Shown here: one piece after another, positions 1 to 9,776 of the stretch
Layout: each line of letters starts with the position of its first letter
Numbering within the stretch: position 1 is the first letter of the stretch
Assembly: GCA_030427965.1 (NCBI GenBank)
Contig: JAUICD010000005.1
Location: 19,389-83,388 of the forward strand
Direction of reading: 5' to 3'
Length of the DNA: 64,000 bases
From: Bdellovibrionia bacterium
GTDB taxonomy: Bacteria; Bdellovibrionota; Bdellovibrionia; Bdellovibrionales; JAUICD01
Notes under the pieces: generated by a model
What the model was told of the DNA's origin: nothing
Seen by the model: the letters and a program-made list of their open reading frames with translations, nothing else
Database searches by the model: none
Position numbers and translations under genes: made by a program

Positions 1-82
1 TTGCTTTCAACAAAAAAAATCGCAGAATACTTTTTCGTGGATCATTTGATGAGTGCCATAAGTTTCTAGAAAGACATTCAAC

Positions 83-2224
83 GTGAATTCTTCTGAGGCA
101 AAATCTATCGATGTTGTTTTTGTCGGCGGCGGACACGCAAACCTTCAAGCCATTCGGATGCTTGCAATGTCAAAATTGAGAGGTGTTCGACTCACACTCA
201 TCAACGACAATTACTATGCTCCCTACTCAGGTATGCTTCCTGGACATCTTGCTGGATTTTATTCATTTGATGAGTGCCACTTTGATCTATCTCGAATTTG
301 CGCACAATTGGGTGCCACTTTTATTTTGGGATCCGTTCAGAGAGTTTGTTCAAAAAAGAATGAACTTCACTTGCCAAGTCAAAAAATCTCATTTGATTAT
401 CTTTCAATAAATGTCGGTATTCAGCCTCAAATTATGGATTCCACTCACTCCAATTTACTTCCATTAAAACCCATTGGTGATTTTTTAAAGAAATGGAACG
501 ACTTCACAAAGTCTATGAAAAAAAGTAAATCACAAGATATTGTATTTATTGGGGGTGGGGCTGCAGGCGTGGAACTCTCACTCATCACAGCTCAAAAGTT
601 ACAACAGATTGGAAATTCATCAAGAATAACTCTCATTCAAAGTTCAAAAGAAATACTACCAACCCATGGAACTTTTGCTCAAAGGCATTTTCAAAAAAAA
701 TTAAAAAAAGAAGGGATTCAAGTTCTCACATCAAATCCCGTAACTCGAATTGAATCAAACCATGTTGAATTAAAGGGTGGTAAAAAAATCCCCGCCCATT
801 GGGTCTTTTTAGCCACTCACGCAGCCCCACCAAAGTGGTTTGAAGAATGCGACTTACCCTTAAGTAGTGGGTATCTTTCAACAAATTCTTTCCTACAAAT
901 TCCAAATAACTCAAATATTTTTGCAGCTGGAGATTGCATTCAATTTGATGGACACAACCTTCCCAAATCCGGAGTATTTGCTGTTCGCCAGGGGCCAATT
1001 CTAGGTAAAAATATTATTCGCTCAATCCTGGGAAAAGGTTTATTGAAATACAAACCTCAAAAACTAAGTTTGGCAATTTTAAGATCAGGACATAAAAAAG
1101 CTTCAGCTCTTTATTTGAATTTTATTGTCAGTGGTTCTCTTATTTGGAAACTTAAAAACTATATCGATACAAAGTTCATGAAGAGTTTTGGAGCACATAA
1201 GTCTAAAAAATTGAACGCAGAAGAACTCTCTGCCCTCTGTGGGGGGTGTGGTTCAAAAATTGGCCCCACTTCTTTAAATAAAGTTTTAAAGAACTCACCC
1301 AATCCCGTTATTCACGAAGACTTGGTCTCGATAAAAAATAATAGCTCTCCACCCTCTTTTCTCAACATTGATGTTATAACCGAATGTGTTTCAGATTTAT
1401 TTACTTTTGCAAAAATTGGCTTCTTGCACTCAGCAAATGACTTTTACCTTAAAGGGCTCAAGCCCTCTGCTTCCCTGTTATGGCTTGGAGTGAAAAACAA
1501 CTCAAATCTGCTACAACAAAGGGATTTGAAAAGCATGTATGAAGGAGCCCTGAATCAAGCAGAACTTGAGGGTAGCAATATACTAGGAGGGCATTCCTCT
1601 ATTACAGACAAAACAAGCTTTGGTTGCGTTTTATATGGATCAGATTCTACACCGATGATCCCCAAAAGTTCTCCACAACCTGGAGATCAAATGGTTTTAA
1701 CAAAACCCCTTGGTTCAGGAGCGCTTTTGCGCGCTCATATGCTCGGTCGACTTCCCGGACATTCCTTTCAAAACCTTATCAATCACCTTCTGGTTTCCAA
1801 TCGAACGCTATCTGATATACTTCGCAAATATAATATTTCTTCTGCGACTGATATTTCAGGATTTGGTTTTTTGGGACATTTAGTAGAAGTATTGGGCTCA
1901 AGCCCCTTTGGCGCACAACTCTGTCTTTCAAATATTCCTATACTTCCAGGTTTCCTTAAGTGCTTTCAGAAAGGAGTTATGTCGAGTATTCACAAACAAA
2001 ATGCAGAGTTCGCATTGACCCATCTTGGCCCGTTCAATCAATGTCGTCTTACTTTAGAAGCCCTTTTTGATCCGCAAACCAATGGACCTGGCTTAATTTT
2101 GATTCAAAAAAACGAACTCAACAGTTTTTTAAATGATCTAAACTCTCAAGGGTATATCGAGGCAAAGGTTGTAGGAGAGATTACACCGACCTTTAGTCGG
2201 TCTCGCGTTTCCCTTGTTGAATAA
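83..2224 (+). CDS. selD: Fusion protein: N-terminal FAD/NAD(P)-dependent pyridine nucleotide-disulfide oxidoreductase (NDH-2-like) plus C-terminal selenide,water dikinase (SelD / AIR-synthase-related) domain
   Basis: 713-aa ORF with a GTG start. Two Rossmann motifs, 'VVFVGGGHANL' and 'IVFIGGGAAGVE', plus 'FAAGDC'. From about aa 385 there are SelD signatures: 'CGGCGSKIGP' (equivalents of E. coli Cys17 and Lys20), 'GGHS', 'LTKPLGSG' and 'ATDISGFGFLGH'. Confidence 0.8.
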   Translation: MNSSEAKSIDVVFVGGGHANLQAIRMLAMSKLRGVRLTLINDNYYAPYSGMLPGHLAGFYSFDECHFDLSRICAQLGATFILGSVQRVCSKKNELHLPSQKISFDYLSINVGIQPQIMDSTHSNLLPLKPIGDFLKKWNDFTKSMKKSKSQDIVFIGGGAAGVELSLITAQKLQQIGNSSRITLIQSSKEILPTHGTFAQRHFQKKLKKEGIQVLTSNPVTRIESNHVELKGGKKIPAHWVFLATHAAPPKWFEECDLPLSSGYLSTNSFLQIPNNSNIFAAGDCIQFDGHNLPKSGVFAVRQGPILGKNIIRSILGKGLLKYKPQKLSLAILRSGHKKASALYLNFIVSGSLIWKLKNYIDTKFMKSFGAHKSKKLNAEELSALCGGCGSKIGPTSLNKVLKNSPNPVIHEDLVSIKNNSSPPSFLNIDVITECVSDLFTFAKIGFLHSANDFYLKGLKPSASLLWLGVKNNSNLLQQRDLKSMYEGALNQAELEGSNILGGHSSITDKTSFGCVLYGSDSTPMIPKSSPQPGDQMVLTKPLGSGALLRAHMLGRLPGHSFQNLINHLLVSNRTLSDILRKYNISSATDISGFGFLGHLVEVLGSSPFGAQLCLSNIPILPGFLKCFQKGVMSSIHKQNAEFALTHLGPFNQCRLTLEALFDPQTNGPGLILIQKNELNSFLNDLNSQGYIEAKVVGEITPTFSRSRVSLVE

Positions 2225-3449
2225 CAGGTATCAACATTAAAATACTTAAAACAAAAATACATACTGATATCTCACTTAGAAATGTATAGGGCTTTTGATA
2301 CCCCCCACCTTGAAGTTGCGACAACACCCAAAAACCCAGAGCTGGCCCGACCAACCCTCTCAGCCCTGTAAGAGCAATATGGACTGACATATATTCTGCT
2401 GACTTATAACTTGGAACCATTTTTGTCACCCACAGCCCCCATGTCAATCGACCCCCAGCAAATCCAATTCCATGCAAACCAGAAGCAATGGCAATGCCAA
2501 TTACAGAGTCCCAGTGGAAAAATCCATAAATACCAATAGCAAGAAAAACATTCAGTAGAATTCGTAAAAGAATAAAGTTGTATCGATCAAAAAACCACGC
2601 CCAAATCGGTAGAAATAAAAACCTCACAGTTTCTGGAACAACGGCGACAAGAATTGCAACAGTAGATGGGTCCCAGTTTTTGTCTATAGACAAATAGTGT
2701 ACGCGAATAGGAAAAATCCAAAGGTTTGCAAAACCAAATAAAAACCAAACAAGAAGGATATACCCAAACAAGCCATCTTTCCAAACCCACCTGAACGCAC
2801 TCAAAATATGGGTTTTCTTTTTTTTCTCTGCCTTTTTAGCAGGCATAAGGTAGACAAAGATGCAACTAAGGAAGCTTGAAAGCCCCACAACAACAAAAAT
2901 CAATTTCCATGACTCCAAATCTAACTTCAACCATTCCCCAGCTATATAGCAAAATCCAACAGTTGCCACTTGAGCAACCATCAGTGACCAGCCATGGTAC
3001 TTTCCACGCACATCACTCGGAAAGTTTTGATGATAGATCTCAGTTAGATAAGGAAGTTTCAGAGGAATAAAGAAGAATGTGAAAGCCACACAAAGTGTGT
3101 ATGAAACATACCCTTCAGAAAAAATCGACAAAATAGATATTGAACCACTGATGAGTGAAAAAACAATAATCCAATGTGTGCTCTTTTTTTCAAATCTTCT
3201 AAGAAACGAAACAAGAAAAACAGAAGAAAACATACCAAAAAACGTTGAACTAAAAATAACAGATTGTGCCCATTCTCCAGAAAGCTGTGAGGGCTTTAAA
3301 AAAACTTCAATTAAAACCAAAAGAGCAATCGATTCAGGGGCGGATCGAATAATTCCGTCAAAAAATTCGCGAAAAAGCTCCAATTGAAAAGTACGTTTGG
3401 CTCGATCCACCGTCATTTTATTCTCCAGATCAAATGAATCTATACCCAA
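2193..3449 (-). CDS. MFS-type transporter (polytopic membrane protein)
   Basis: 418-aa ORF with two blocks of about 6 hydrophobic segments separated by a Lys-rich loop ('KKAEKKKKT'). Its 3' end overlaps the convergent selD-fusion gene by 32 nt. Confidence 0.6.
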   Translation of the reverse strand: MGIDSFDLENKMTVDRAKRTFQLELFREFFDGIIRSAPESIALLVLIEVFLKPSQLSGEWAQSVIFSSTFFGMFSSVFLVSFLRRFEKKSTHWIIVFSLISGSISILSIFSEGYVSYTLCVAFTFFFIPLKLPYLTEIYHQNFPSDVRGKYHGWSLMVAQVATVGFCYIAGEWLKLDLESWKLIFVVVGLSSFLSCIFVYLMPAKKAEKKKKTHILSAFRWVWKDGLFGYILLVWFLFGFANLWIFPIRVHYLSIDKNWDPSTVAILVAVVPETVRFLFLPIWAWFFDRYNFILLRILLNVFLAIGIYGFFHWDSVIGIAIASGLHGIGFAGGRLTWGLWVTKMVPSYKSAEYMSVHIALTGLRGLVGPALGFWVLSQLQGGGYQKPYTFLSEISVCIFVLSILMLIPVIQQGKRETD

Positions 3450-3588
3450 TCTTAAAATTTGACCATTTAAGACCCTGAGGGATCCAAATTTTGGAAAAAT
3501 AACTCAAATAAGACTCGAAAATCACACAAAGTTGCAAATATACCTGGGCAATTGTAAGCTCAAATAGATCTTCTGGGGGCACAGGATC

Positions 3589-5019
3589 ATGGGCGAAGAG
3601 TTTGATCAGATTGAAATCACTGAGAAAACCATAAGGGAGTTTGAAACTCGTCTTAAAAATGAAACCAAGGTTCTTGAAACTCTTTTTGAACAAAACTCTT
3701 TTGAATTTTCAGGCTCTCGAAAAATTGGGATCGAACTGGAAGGCTGGCTCGTTGATAAAGACTATCTCCCCCTTCCCGAGAACAAAAAACTTCTTGAAAC
3801 ACTGAATGATTCCCTCGTTGTCCCTGAGCTTTCTCGGTACAATTTTGAGTTAAACACCCCTCCAGTAACTCTAAAAGAAAATGCTCTTACGGAAATGGAA
3901 GCTTTTTTAAAAAAACTCTGGGAAAAATGCCGAGTTGCTGCAAAAAAATCTGGAAATCAAATTATGATGATTGGTACTCACCCTTTGATAACAGATGAAA
4001 TGCTTGGTTTAGAATTTATGACCCCCTCCAATCGATACACGGTTCTCAACTCAAGATTGCTCGAACTTCGAGGTGGAAAACCAGTACAATACGACATAAA
4101 AGGAGAAGAACACCTCAAAGGGAGTACAGAGAGCATACTTTTTGAAGCTGCCTCAACATCGCTGCAACTACATCTTCAAGTGCATCAAGAGGAAGCTGTT
4201 TCTATGTTCAACTCTGCAATATTGACATGTGCACCACTGCTTGCCATATCAACAAATTCTCCGTTTTTGTATCAAAAAGACTTGTGGGCAGAAACTCGAA
4301 TTCCAGTTTTTGAACAAGCCGTTCGCACAGATTCATTTCGAGATACATTCGACAATAAAACAGGACGTGTGGGGTTTGGTACAGGTTATTTAAAAGATTC
4401 ATTCCTCGAACTCTACAAAGAAAACCTCAATCGATATGGTCCTCTGTTGCCAGTACTCTTTGAAGCATCTCCCATAGCATTGAAACATATCAACTTGCAC
4501 AACGGCTGTATCTGGAGGTGGGTTCGCCCCATAGTTGGTGCAACAAATAGTGGACACACACTTCGAATTGAGCAGCGTATTTTCCCAGCAGGGCCAACAC
4601 TACCTGACATGCTTGCAAACTTTGCTTTCTATTTGGGATTGATAAATTACCATGCTCAAAAGGAACACGTTTGGAATGACTTTCCCTTCCAGGATGCCAA
4701 AGAAAACTTTTATCAAGTTGCAGAAAAAGGTCTTCATACCAATATACGATGGTTTGGGAAAAGTATAAACGTTCAAGAGTTGATTCAGGATCAACTTATT
4801 GATCAATCTAAAACCGGGCTTCAAGACCTCGGCATCGATAAATACGATATTGATTACTACCTTAATGGAATTATTCGAGCACGAGCCAAATCTGGTCAAA
4901 CAGGAGCAGATTGGCAAAAAACATTCATTACAAAAAATGGAAAAGATTTTAAAAAACTGTGTCAAGAATATCATGCAAATCAAATCTTACAAATGCCAGT
5001 CCACACATGGGCAATATAA
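3589..5019 (+). CDS. GCS2-family carboxylate-amine ligase (glutamate-cysteine ligase-like)
   Basis: 476-aa ORF with an ATG start. 'IGIELEGWLVD', 'FELNTPP' and 'SLQLHLQV' resemble the YbdK/GCS2 fold. Confidence 0.6.
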   Translation: MGEEFDQIEITEKTIREFETRLKNETKVLETLFEQNSFEFSGSRKIGIELEGWLVDKDYLPLPENKKLLETLNDSLVVPELSRYNFELNTPPVTLKENALTEMEAFLKKLWEKCRVAAKKSGNQIMMIGTHPLITDEMLGLEFMTPSNRYTVLNSRLLELRGGKPVQYDIKGEEHLKGSTESILFEAASTSLQLHLQVHQEEAVSMFNSAILTCAPLLAISTNSPFLYQKDLWAETRIPVFEQAVRTDSFRDTFDNKTGRVGFGTGYLKDSFLELYKENLNRYGPLLPVLFEASPIALKHINLHNGCIWRWVRPIVGATNSGHTLRIEQRIFPAGPTLPDMLANFAFYLGLINYHAQKEHVWNDFPFQDAKENFYQVAEKGLHTNIRWFGKSINVQELIQDQLIDQSKTGLQDLGIDKYDIDYYLNGIIRARAKSGQTGADWQKTFITKNGKDFKKLCQEYHANQILQMPVHTWAI

Positions 5020-5078
5020 GAAAATGAGCCTAGATTGTTGCCTTTTGATCTTTATCACCAAAGAAGCCACAGCAATAC

Positions 5079-6491
5079 CTACCGAAGCGGAACCATATCT
5101 TGAGCTCCAGGCAAACAAGCACCGTTTGTTTGGATGACATCTTTGTACCAGTAATAAGAATCTTTTGGAATTCGCTCTTGATTGCGATGGTTGTTATAAA
5201 TCAAACCGAAACGCTTTGTGTACCCCTTCTCCCATTCAAAGTTGTCAATCAACGTCCAATGGAAATATCCACGAATATCAATCCCATCATTTACAGCAAG
5301 TTTAAGTTCAGACAAATATCTTGCAAGAAAATCGATTCGAGCAGAATCTACAACTCGGCCATTTCGATGAACCCAGTCATTGGAAGCCATTCCGTTTTCA
5401 GTAATAAAAATGGGCTTCTTGTACCTTTCGTATAAAAATTTGGGACCCCAATACAAAGCTTGAGGATCCACTGTCCAGTCCATAGAGGTCCTTGGGTGTC
5501 CCGGCGCTCGAGGATACATGCTGTTTGTGTGTTCATTTTTGGATTCCAATTTTGTTGTAACCGGACTCCCGTGATAAATATTTGCTCCCAGAAAATCAAT
5601 GGACTGTGAGATTTTTTCCATATCTCCATCTTGAATTTCTGGGTAATCAGATCCAAACATATCAAGCCCTTGCATGGGATATTTCCCAAAAACAACAGCA
5701 TCACTGAACCAGGAATTATTTAAAAACCAAATGGAGTTATCAGGAATCGTAAACATCTCACGATAAGCCAGTTTTATGCAATCCTCTGTATTTTCAAGCG
5801 GATAAGTCGGCCAACAGCCGGGCGAAAAGCCAATACTGGGCTTACCAGCCGTTTCCCTCAAACAGGTCACCGCTTCTCCATGGGCCAGTAAGACATTGTG
5901 ACCAGACTGAAGAACATGTTTACGAGAAAACTGAACTCCCGGCGCATGCTCTCCTGTTACCATGCCCAAGCCCAGAAAAACCTGTGGTTCATTTAACGTT
6001 ATCCAATTTTTAATTCGATCCGAATAACGAAGGCTCACCTGGTTGACAAAATCACCAAACCACTTCGAAGTGTCTCGGTTTAGCCAACCACCTTGGTCAA
6101 AAATTTCTACCGGGAGATCCCAATGAAAAAGAGTCAACCATGGTTCAATTCCTTGAGAGAGTAGCAGATCAATTTTTTTGTCGTAAAAATCCAAAGCTTC
6201 TGAGTTCACCAAACCTTGACCACCAGGAATAAGTCTTGGCCAAGAAATGGACATACGGTAAGCACCCACTCCAAGGTTTTTCAAATACTCCATGTCCTTG
6301 GAGAAAAGTTGAAAATCATTTATCGCAACCTGAGCCGTGTCTCCATCAGCAATGCGTCCTGGTTCTTTTGAAAAACGATCCCAAATCCCTGGCGTTCTGC
6401 CAATTTTCTCGACAGCCCCCTCTATTTGATAAGCAGAGCTCCCCACACCCCACACAAACTCATCTTTAAAACTTACAGTTTCATCTGCCAT
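5079..6491 (-). CDS. Glycoside hydrolase family 1 beta-glucosidase
   Basis: 470-aa ORF. N-terminal 'FVWGVGSSAYQIEG', acid/base motif 'TLNEP' and nucleophile motif 'ITENG'. Confidence 0.9.
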   Translation of the reverse strand: MADETVSFKDEFVWGVGSSAYQIEGAVEKIGRTPGIWDRFSKEPGRIADGDTAQVAINDFQLFSKDMEYLKNLGVGAYRMSISWPRLIPGGQGLVNSEALDFYDKKIDLLLSQGIEPWLTLFHWDLPVEIFDQGGWLNRDTSKWFGDFVNQVSLRYSDRIKNWITLNEPQVFLGLGMVTGEHAPGVQFSRKHVLQSGHNVLLAHGEAVTCLRETAGKPSIGFSPGCWPTYPLENTEDCIKLAYREMFTIPDNSIWFLNNSWFSDAVVFGKYPMQGLDMFGSDYPEIQDGDMEKISQSIDFLGANIYHGSPVTTKLESKNEHTNSMYPRAPGHPRTSMDWTVDPQALYWGPKFLYERYKKPIFITENGMASNDWVHRNGRVVDSARIDFLARYLSELKLAVNDGIDIRGYFHWTLIDNFEWEKGYTKRFGLIYNNHRNQERIPKDSYYWYKDVIQTNGACLPGAQDMVPLR

Positions 6492-6631
6492 ACAGAAAGA
6501 GTATCGAGTTCTCTTGATTCAGGCTATAAGTCCTCTACCGCTTTGCATATTGAGTCAATCTGGAGGCGCTATGTCAAAGTGGATTCAAAACCAAACCAGG
6601 ATTAATATCTAATTTCAACTTTGGAGGAATT

Positions 6632-7072
6632 ATGAATATCAAGTCAATTTCCATGCTCACTTTTCTTTTTCTTGTCGTGGGCTGCAGCCATGGCGGTCGC
6701 CACCATAAAATGATGCATAAAATGGGGATGAAGCATTGGGAAATGATGGATACGAACAAAGACGGAAAAGTTTCCAAAAAAGAATTCAACACCTCTCACA
6801 AAGCTAAATTTAAACAATTTGATGCAAACAAAGATGGCTTTATTACTGCTGAAGAAAACAAAATCGGCATGAAAGCTATGATGAAAAATTGTTGCAAAGA
6901 CAAAAAAGGAAAACACGATTGCAAGGATGGGCAATGTGACCTGAACCATCACCACAAATGTAAAAAAGGAGATGGCTGTGATGGATCTTGCATGGATAAA
7001 AGCGGAAAGTGCAAACACGGAAAAGAGTGCAAGAACAAAAGCTGCCCTGTACATGGAAAAAGAAAGAAATAA
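6632..7072 (+). CDS. Lipoprotein with a Met/His-rich segment, two EF-hand Ca-binding loops and a Cys/His/Lys-rich tail
   Basis: A GGAGGA sequence lies upstream of the ATG. Lipobox 'VVGC'. 'HHKMMHKMGMKHWEMM'. Canonical 12-residue EF loops 'DTNKDGKVSKKE' and 'DANKDGFITAEE'. The C-terminal 60 aa contain about 11 Cys. Confidence 0.7.
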   Translation: MNIKSISMLTFLFLVVGCSHGGRHHKMMHKMGMKHWEMMDTNKDGKVSKKEFNTSHKAKFKQFDANKDGFITAEENKIGMKAMMKNCCKDKKGKHDCKDGQCDLNHHHKCKKGDGCDGSCMDKSGKCKHGKECKNKSCPVHGKRKK

Positions 7073-7100
7073 AAAAAGAGCACTTTAAAGTGCTCTTTTT
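7071..7100. terminator. Bidirectional intrinsic terminator (A-tract, palindrome, T-tract)
   Basis: 'aaaaaaagagcactttaaagtgctcttttt'. The arms agagcacttt/aaagtgctct are perfectly complementary. It lies between convergent genes. Confidence 0.7.
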
Positions 7101-7104
7101 CTTA

Positions 7105-7134
7105 AGATAGATCCCGTTCACTTGGGATCTATCT
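7105..7134. terminator. Second stem-loop between convergent genes
   Basis: 11-bp stem agatagatccc / gggatctatct with an 8-nt loop. It lies just downstream of the phospholipase D gene's stop on the minus strand. Confidence 0.55.
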
Positions 7135-7159
7135 CGTACGTCCTTAATACTCTTTAATT

Positions 7160-9544
7160 TTAAAGCGGCATATAGAGTTTATCATAATCATAAAGTGTCC
7201 TCAAAAGAAGAGTATGATTCGAAAACTCCATCTGCGTCCGTTGATTTGACGAACGCTCCATTGCTCTCAGACTGTCTTCTTGGTTCAATAGAAATTTATC
7301 CATAACTTTTGCTGAAGTCATTCGTACGTCTCGACCCATAGAAAACAAAAGTTCTTTCATACTGGCAATACGCTCTGGTTTTGGCCATGTCTTTCCTGAG
7401 GCCAAGGCTGCATCAGCCATTGCATCAACCAACATTTCAGTCTCAACATCAATTGCGAGCTTTGGATACTGTTTACCATCCATCACAACAGTTCCAACCC
7501 TTCTTTCAGCAGCTTTATAATCTCTCCACGTTTGATCCATGCGAATCACACGTCCTGTCGAAATCAGAGATTCCATATACGCCGAATATTGATTTGCAAG
7601 ATTCACATCACCACGTACAAGGACTGCATTGTTGGTATCCATCATGAGGCTTCTAAAATCTGCATTGGCACTGCCAATAATCACATCTGTACCCATAACA
7701 GTCACCTTTGTGTGAAGAGAACGATTCACGTCTTCTTCAAGACGAACATATTCATAATACTCAACACTTGCTGCTTTTTTTCTGTTTTTCTTTGGCATTG
7801 TTTCAATAGCCTTAAAAAGCTCATGTACCTGATGTCTTGCAATGACATTTATCACACTCAAATCTGTCGTTGGTATTGAGTTTGTAACAATCTTAATCTG
7901 AACATTGCTACAATCCACTTTGTTGTACTCACGTATCAAATGAGTCTCTTTGATCGTTTTTGTCATCACTGCCATTGCTTGTAAAAGGTTCGATGGCAAT
8001 AAAAAGTAAGCCTGATGCATATAAATCATACGAGGCTCATCCGTATAACACTGTGAAATCATTCCACGCACCCAAGCCTCATGTATGTTCTTTTCATTCT
8101 CGACGCTGTCTCTGACACCAGCCCCATAAACTCTTACTAGTTTTCCATTTTCTTTTTTGAAAGGAAGGTTTTCAAGGTAACTCACCTGAGCTGATTGAGA
8201 AATATCAAACGCCGGACTATTACTTCTTGCTGGAGGAATTTGATTGTACTTTTCAATTTGAGTTTTTATTTTTTCTAACGCCTCTAGTTGTCTCTCGACT
8301 CGAGCCTCTCCAACGGCCTGTGCGCTTGAAACAATTTGTCCAAAACATGGCCAAATTTTTTCCTCAATACCTCTAGATTCAATCGCACATTTATCAAGTG
8401 CTTTCACCACATCATTTGGAGCATGTTTCATTATATCGGATGTGGTTGCAACCATACGCGAAAAATTCCAAAGGCTATCAAATGTCTTTCGAACAGCTTC
8501 ACCAGATGTATCAGAAACTGGAAAATGAACATCTGTATCCATAAAAGTGTATTTCCCACTTGGATTTGCTTCCATATGATAGGAGTTTTCAATATTACGC
8601 CCACCCAAAATGATATCTGAATTGTCTTTGATCAAAAGCTTATGATGTAAGAAATCTGAGAAATGATTCCAATCCTCACCTCTATTGTCATCATAACCAT
8701 CTGTTCCCGAGGGAAGTGCATTTTCAATCATATTAATGACACCAGTGACCGCATCTCCATGTGAAAGAGCTGCAAACTTCAGCTTCACCCCTGCCATCAC
8801 ACTGCCAGTTTTCATTCTCTTATAAAGCTTTGCTAAGGTCAGTAATCCTTTTTTATCATCTTCTGAAAGATCAGAGCCACCCGAGTTAAGATCCAATTTT
8901 GCACCTTGAGAGAGCACATATTTTGCCCCCAATGCACTTTGAGAATAAACAGAAGATAAAAATACACCTGAAAAACCTGTGTTGTAGTTTAGAGCTTCTT
9001 CATAAGTTAAGCCTTTAATCACTGACGCTTGTTCTGCTTTCTCTAAATTGCACTCAGCTTCTCGACCAGAAACCTTTTTTTCTTCGGAACAACTCGAAGA
9101 CATATAGATTGCATCTTTGATGATATTAGGAGTGGGGCGATTGAAAAAACGAAATTCAATGTTTCCTTTTGAAACCCCTTCTAAAGCAAGAAAGAGATCA
9201 AGGTTTGAGTAACTTACAGCATAATCAGCTAAAACACGAACCTTCACACCTCGCTTTGCTGCCAATAGAAGTTCATTTAACAAAACAGAACTGCTCTCAT
9301 CATCGCTAATAATGTAGTAGGCAAGGTCCAATCTCTCTTGAGCAGATCGAATCAGTTCGAGCTTTTTTTCAAAAGAAGCTGAATTATCCGTAATCACAGT
9401 CCCATTTCCAGTTCGAACAAGATTTGAAACACTTGATATCTCTTGCACAATTACCGGGTCCAAAAACATCTTACTAACGGATCCACCTAAAACAGGCAGA
9501 GCAACTAAGACTAGGGCCACGCCGAACCACTGAATTGATTTCAT
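7160..9544 (-). CDS. Secreted phospholipase D superfamily protein with two HKD motifs
   Basis: 794-aa ORF with a signal peptide ('MKSIQWFGVALVLVALPVLG'). First HKD motif 'HHKLLIKD...GGRNI'. Second HKD-like motif 'HTKVTVMGTDVIIGSANADFRS'. Confidence 0.85.
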   Translation of the reverse strand: MKSIQWFGVALVLVALPVLGGSVSKMFLDPVIVQEISSVSNLVRTGNGTVITDNSASFEKKLELIRSAQERLDLAYYIISDDESSSVLLNELLLAAKRGVKVRVLADYAVSYSNLDLFLALEGVSKGNIEFRFFNRPTPNIIKDAIYMSSSCSEEKKVSGREAECNLEKAEQASVIKGLTYEEALNYNTGFSGVFLSSVYSQSALGAKYVLSQGAKLDLNSGGSDLSEDDKKGLLTLAKLYKRMKTGSVMAGVKLKFAALSHGDAVTGVINMIENALPSGTDGYDDNRGEDWNHFSDFLHHKLLIKDNSDIILGGRNIENSYHMEANPSGKYTFMDTDVHFPVSDTSGEAVRKTFDSLWNFSRMVATTSDIMKHAPNDVVKALDKCAIESRGIEEKIWPCFGQIVSSAQAVGEARVERQLEALEKIKTQIEKYNQIPPARSNSPAFDISQSAQVSYLENLPFKKENGKLVRVYGAGVRDSVENEKNIHEAWVRGMISQCYTDEPRMIYMHQAYFLLPSNLLQAMAVMTKTIKETHLIREYNKVDCSNVQIKIVTNSIPTTDLSVINVIARHQVHELFKAIETMPKKNRKKAASVEYYEYVRLEEDVNRSLHTKVTVMGTDVIIGSANADFRSLMMDTNNAVLVRGDVNLANQYSAYMESLISTGRVIRMDQTWRDYKAAERRVGTVVMDGKQYPKLAIDVETEMLVDAMADAALASGKTWPKPERIASMKELLFSMGRDVRMTSAKVMDKFLLNQEDSLRAMERSSNQRTQMEFSNHTLLLRTLYDYDKLYMPL

Positions 9545-9776
9545 TTAACTCTCCTATTGTTTTGTTTCATACGAACCATCTTGCCCGGTTTTGATTTACT
9601 TCAAATGATCTGCAAAAGCTTAGCCATATATAAGAGTGTTTCAACATCTCTGACATATCATTTATTCAATCATTTAGGTCACTTACAAAGTAAAAAACAA
9701 TCCAGGTTATTTCAAACTTATAAACCAGATAACCCTTTCAATGATTTAAGTAAAATAAACACAGTTCTCAACAGAG

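Noticed and set aside
6644-7054. 136-aa ORF antisense to the EF-hand lipoprotein gene
   Set aside because: It is the mirror frame of a Lys/Cys/His-rich, low-complexity gene. It has no RBS, and the sense ORF has a lipobox, EF-hand loops and a good RBS.
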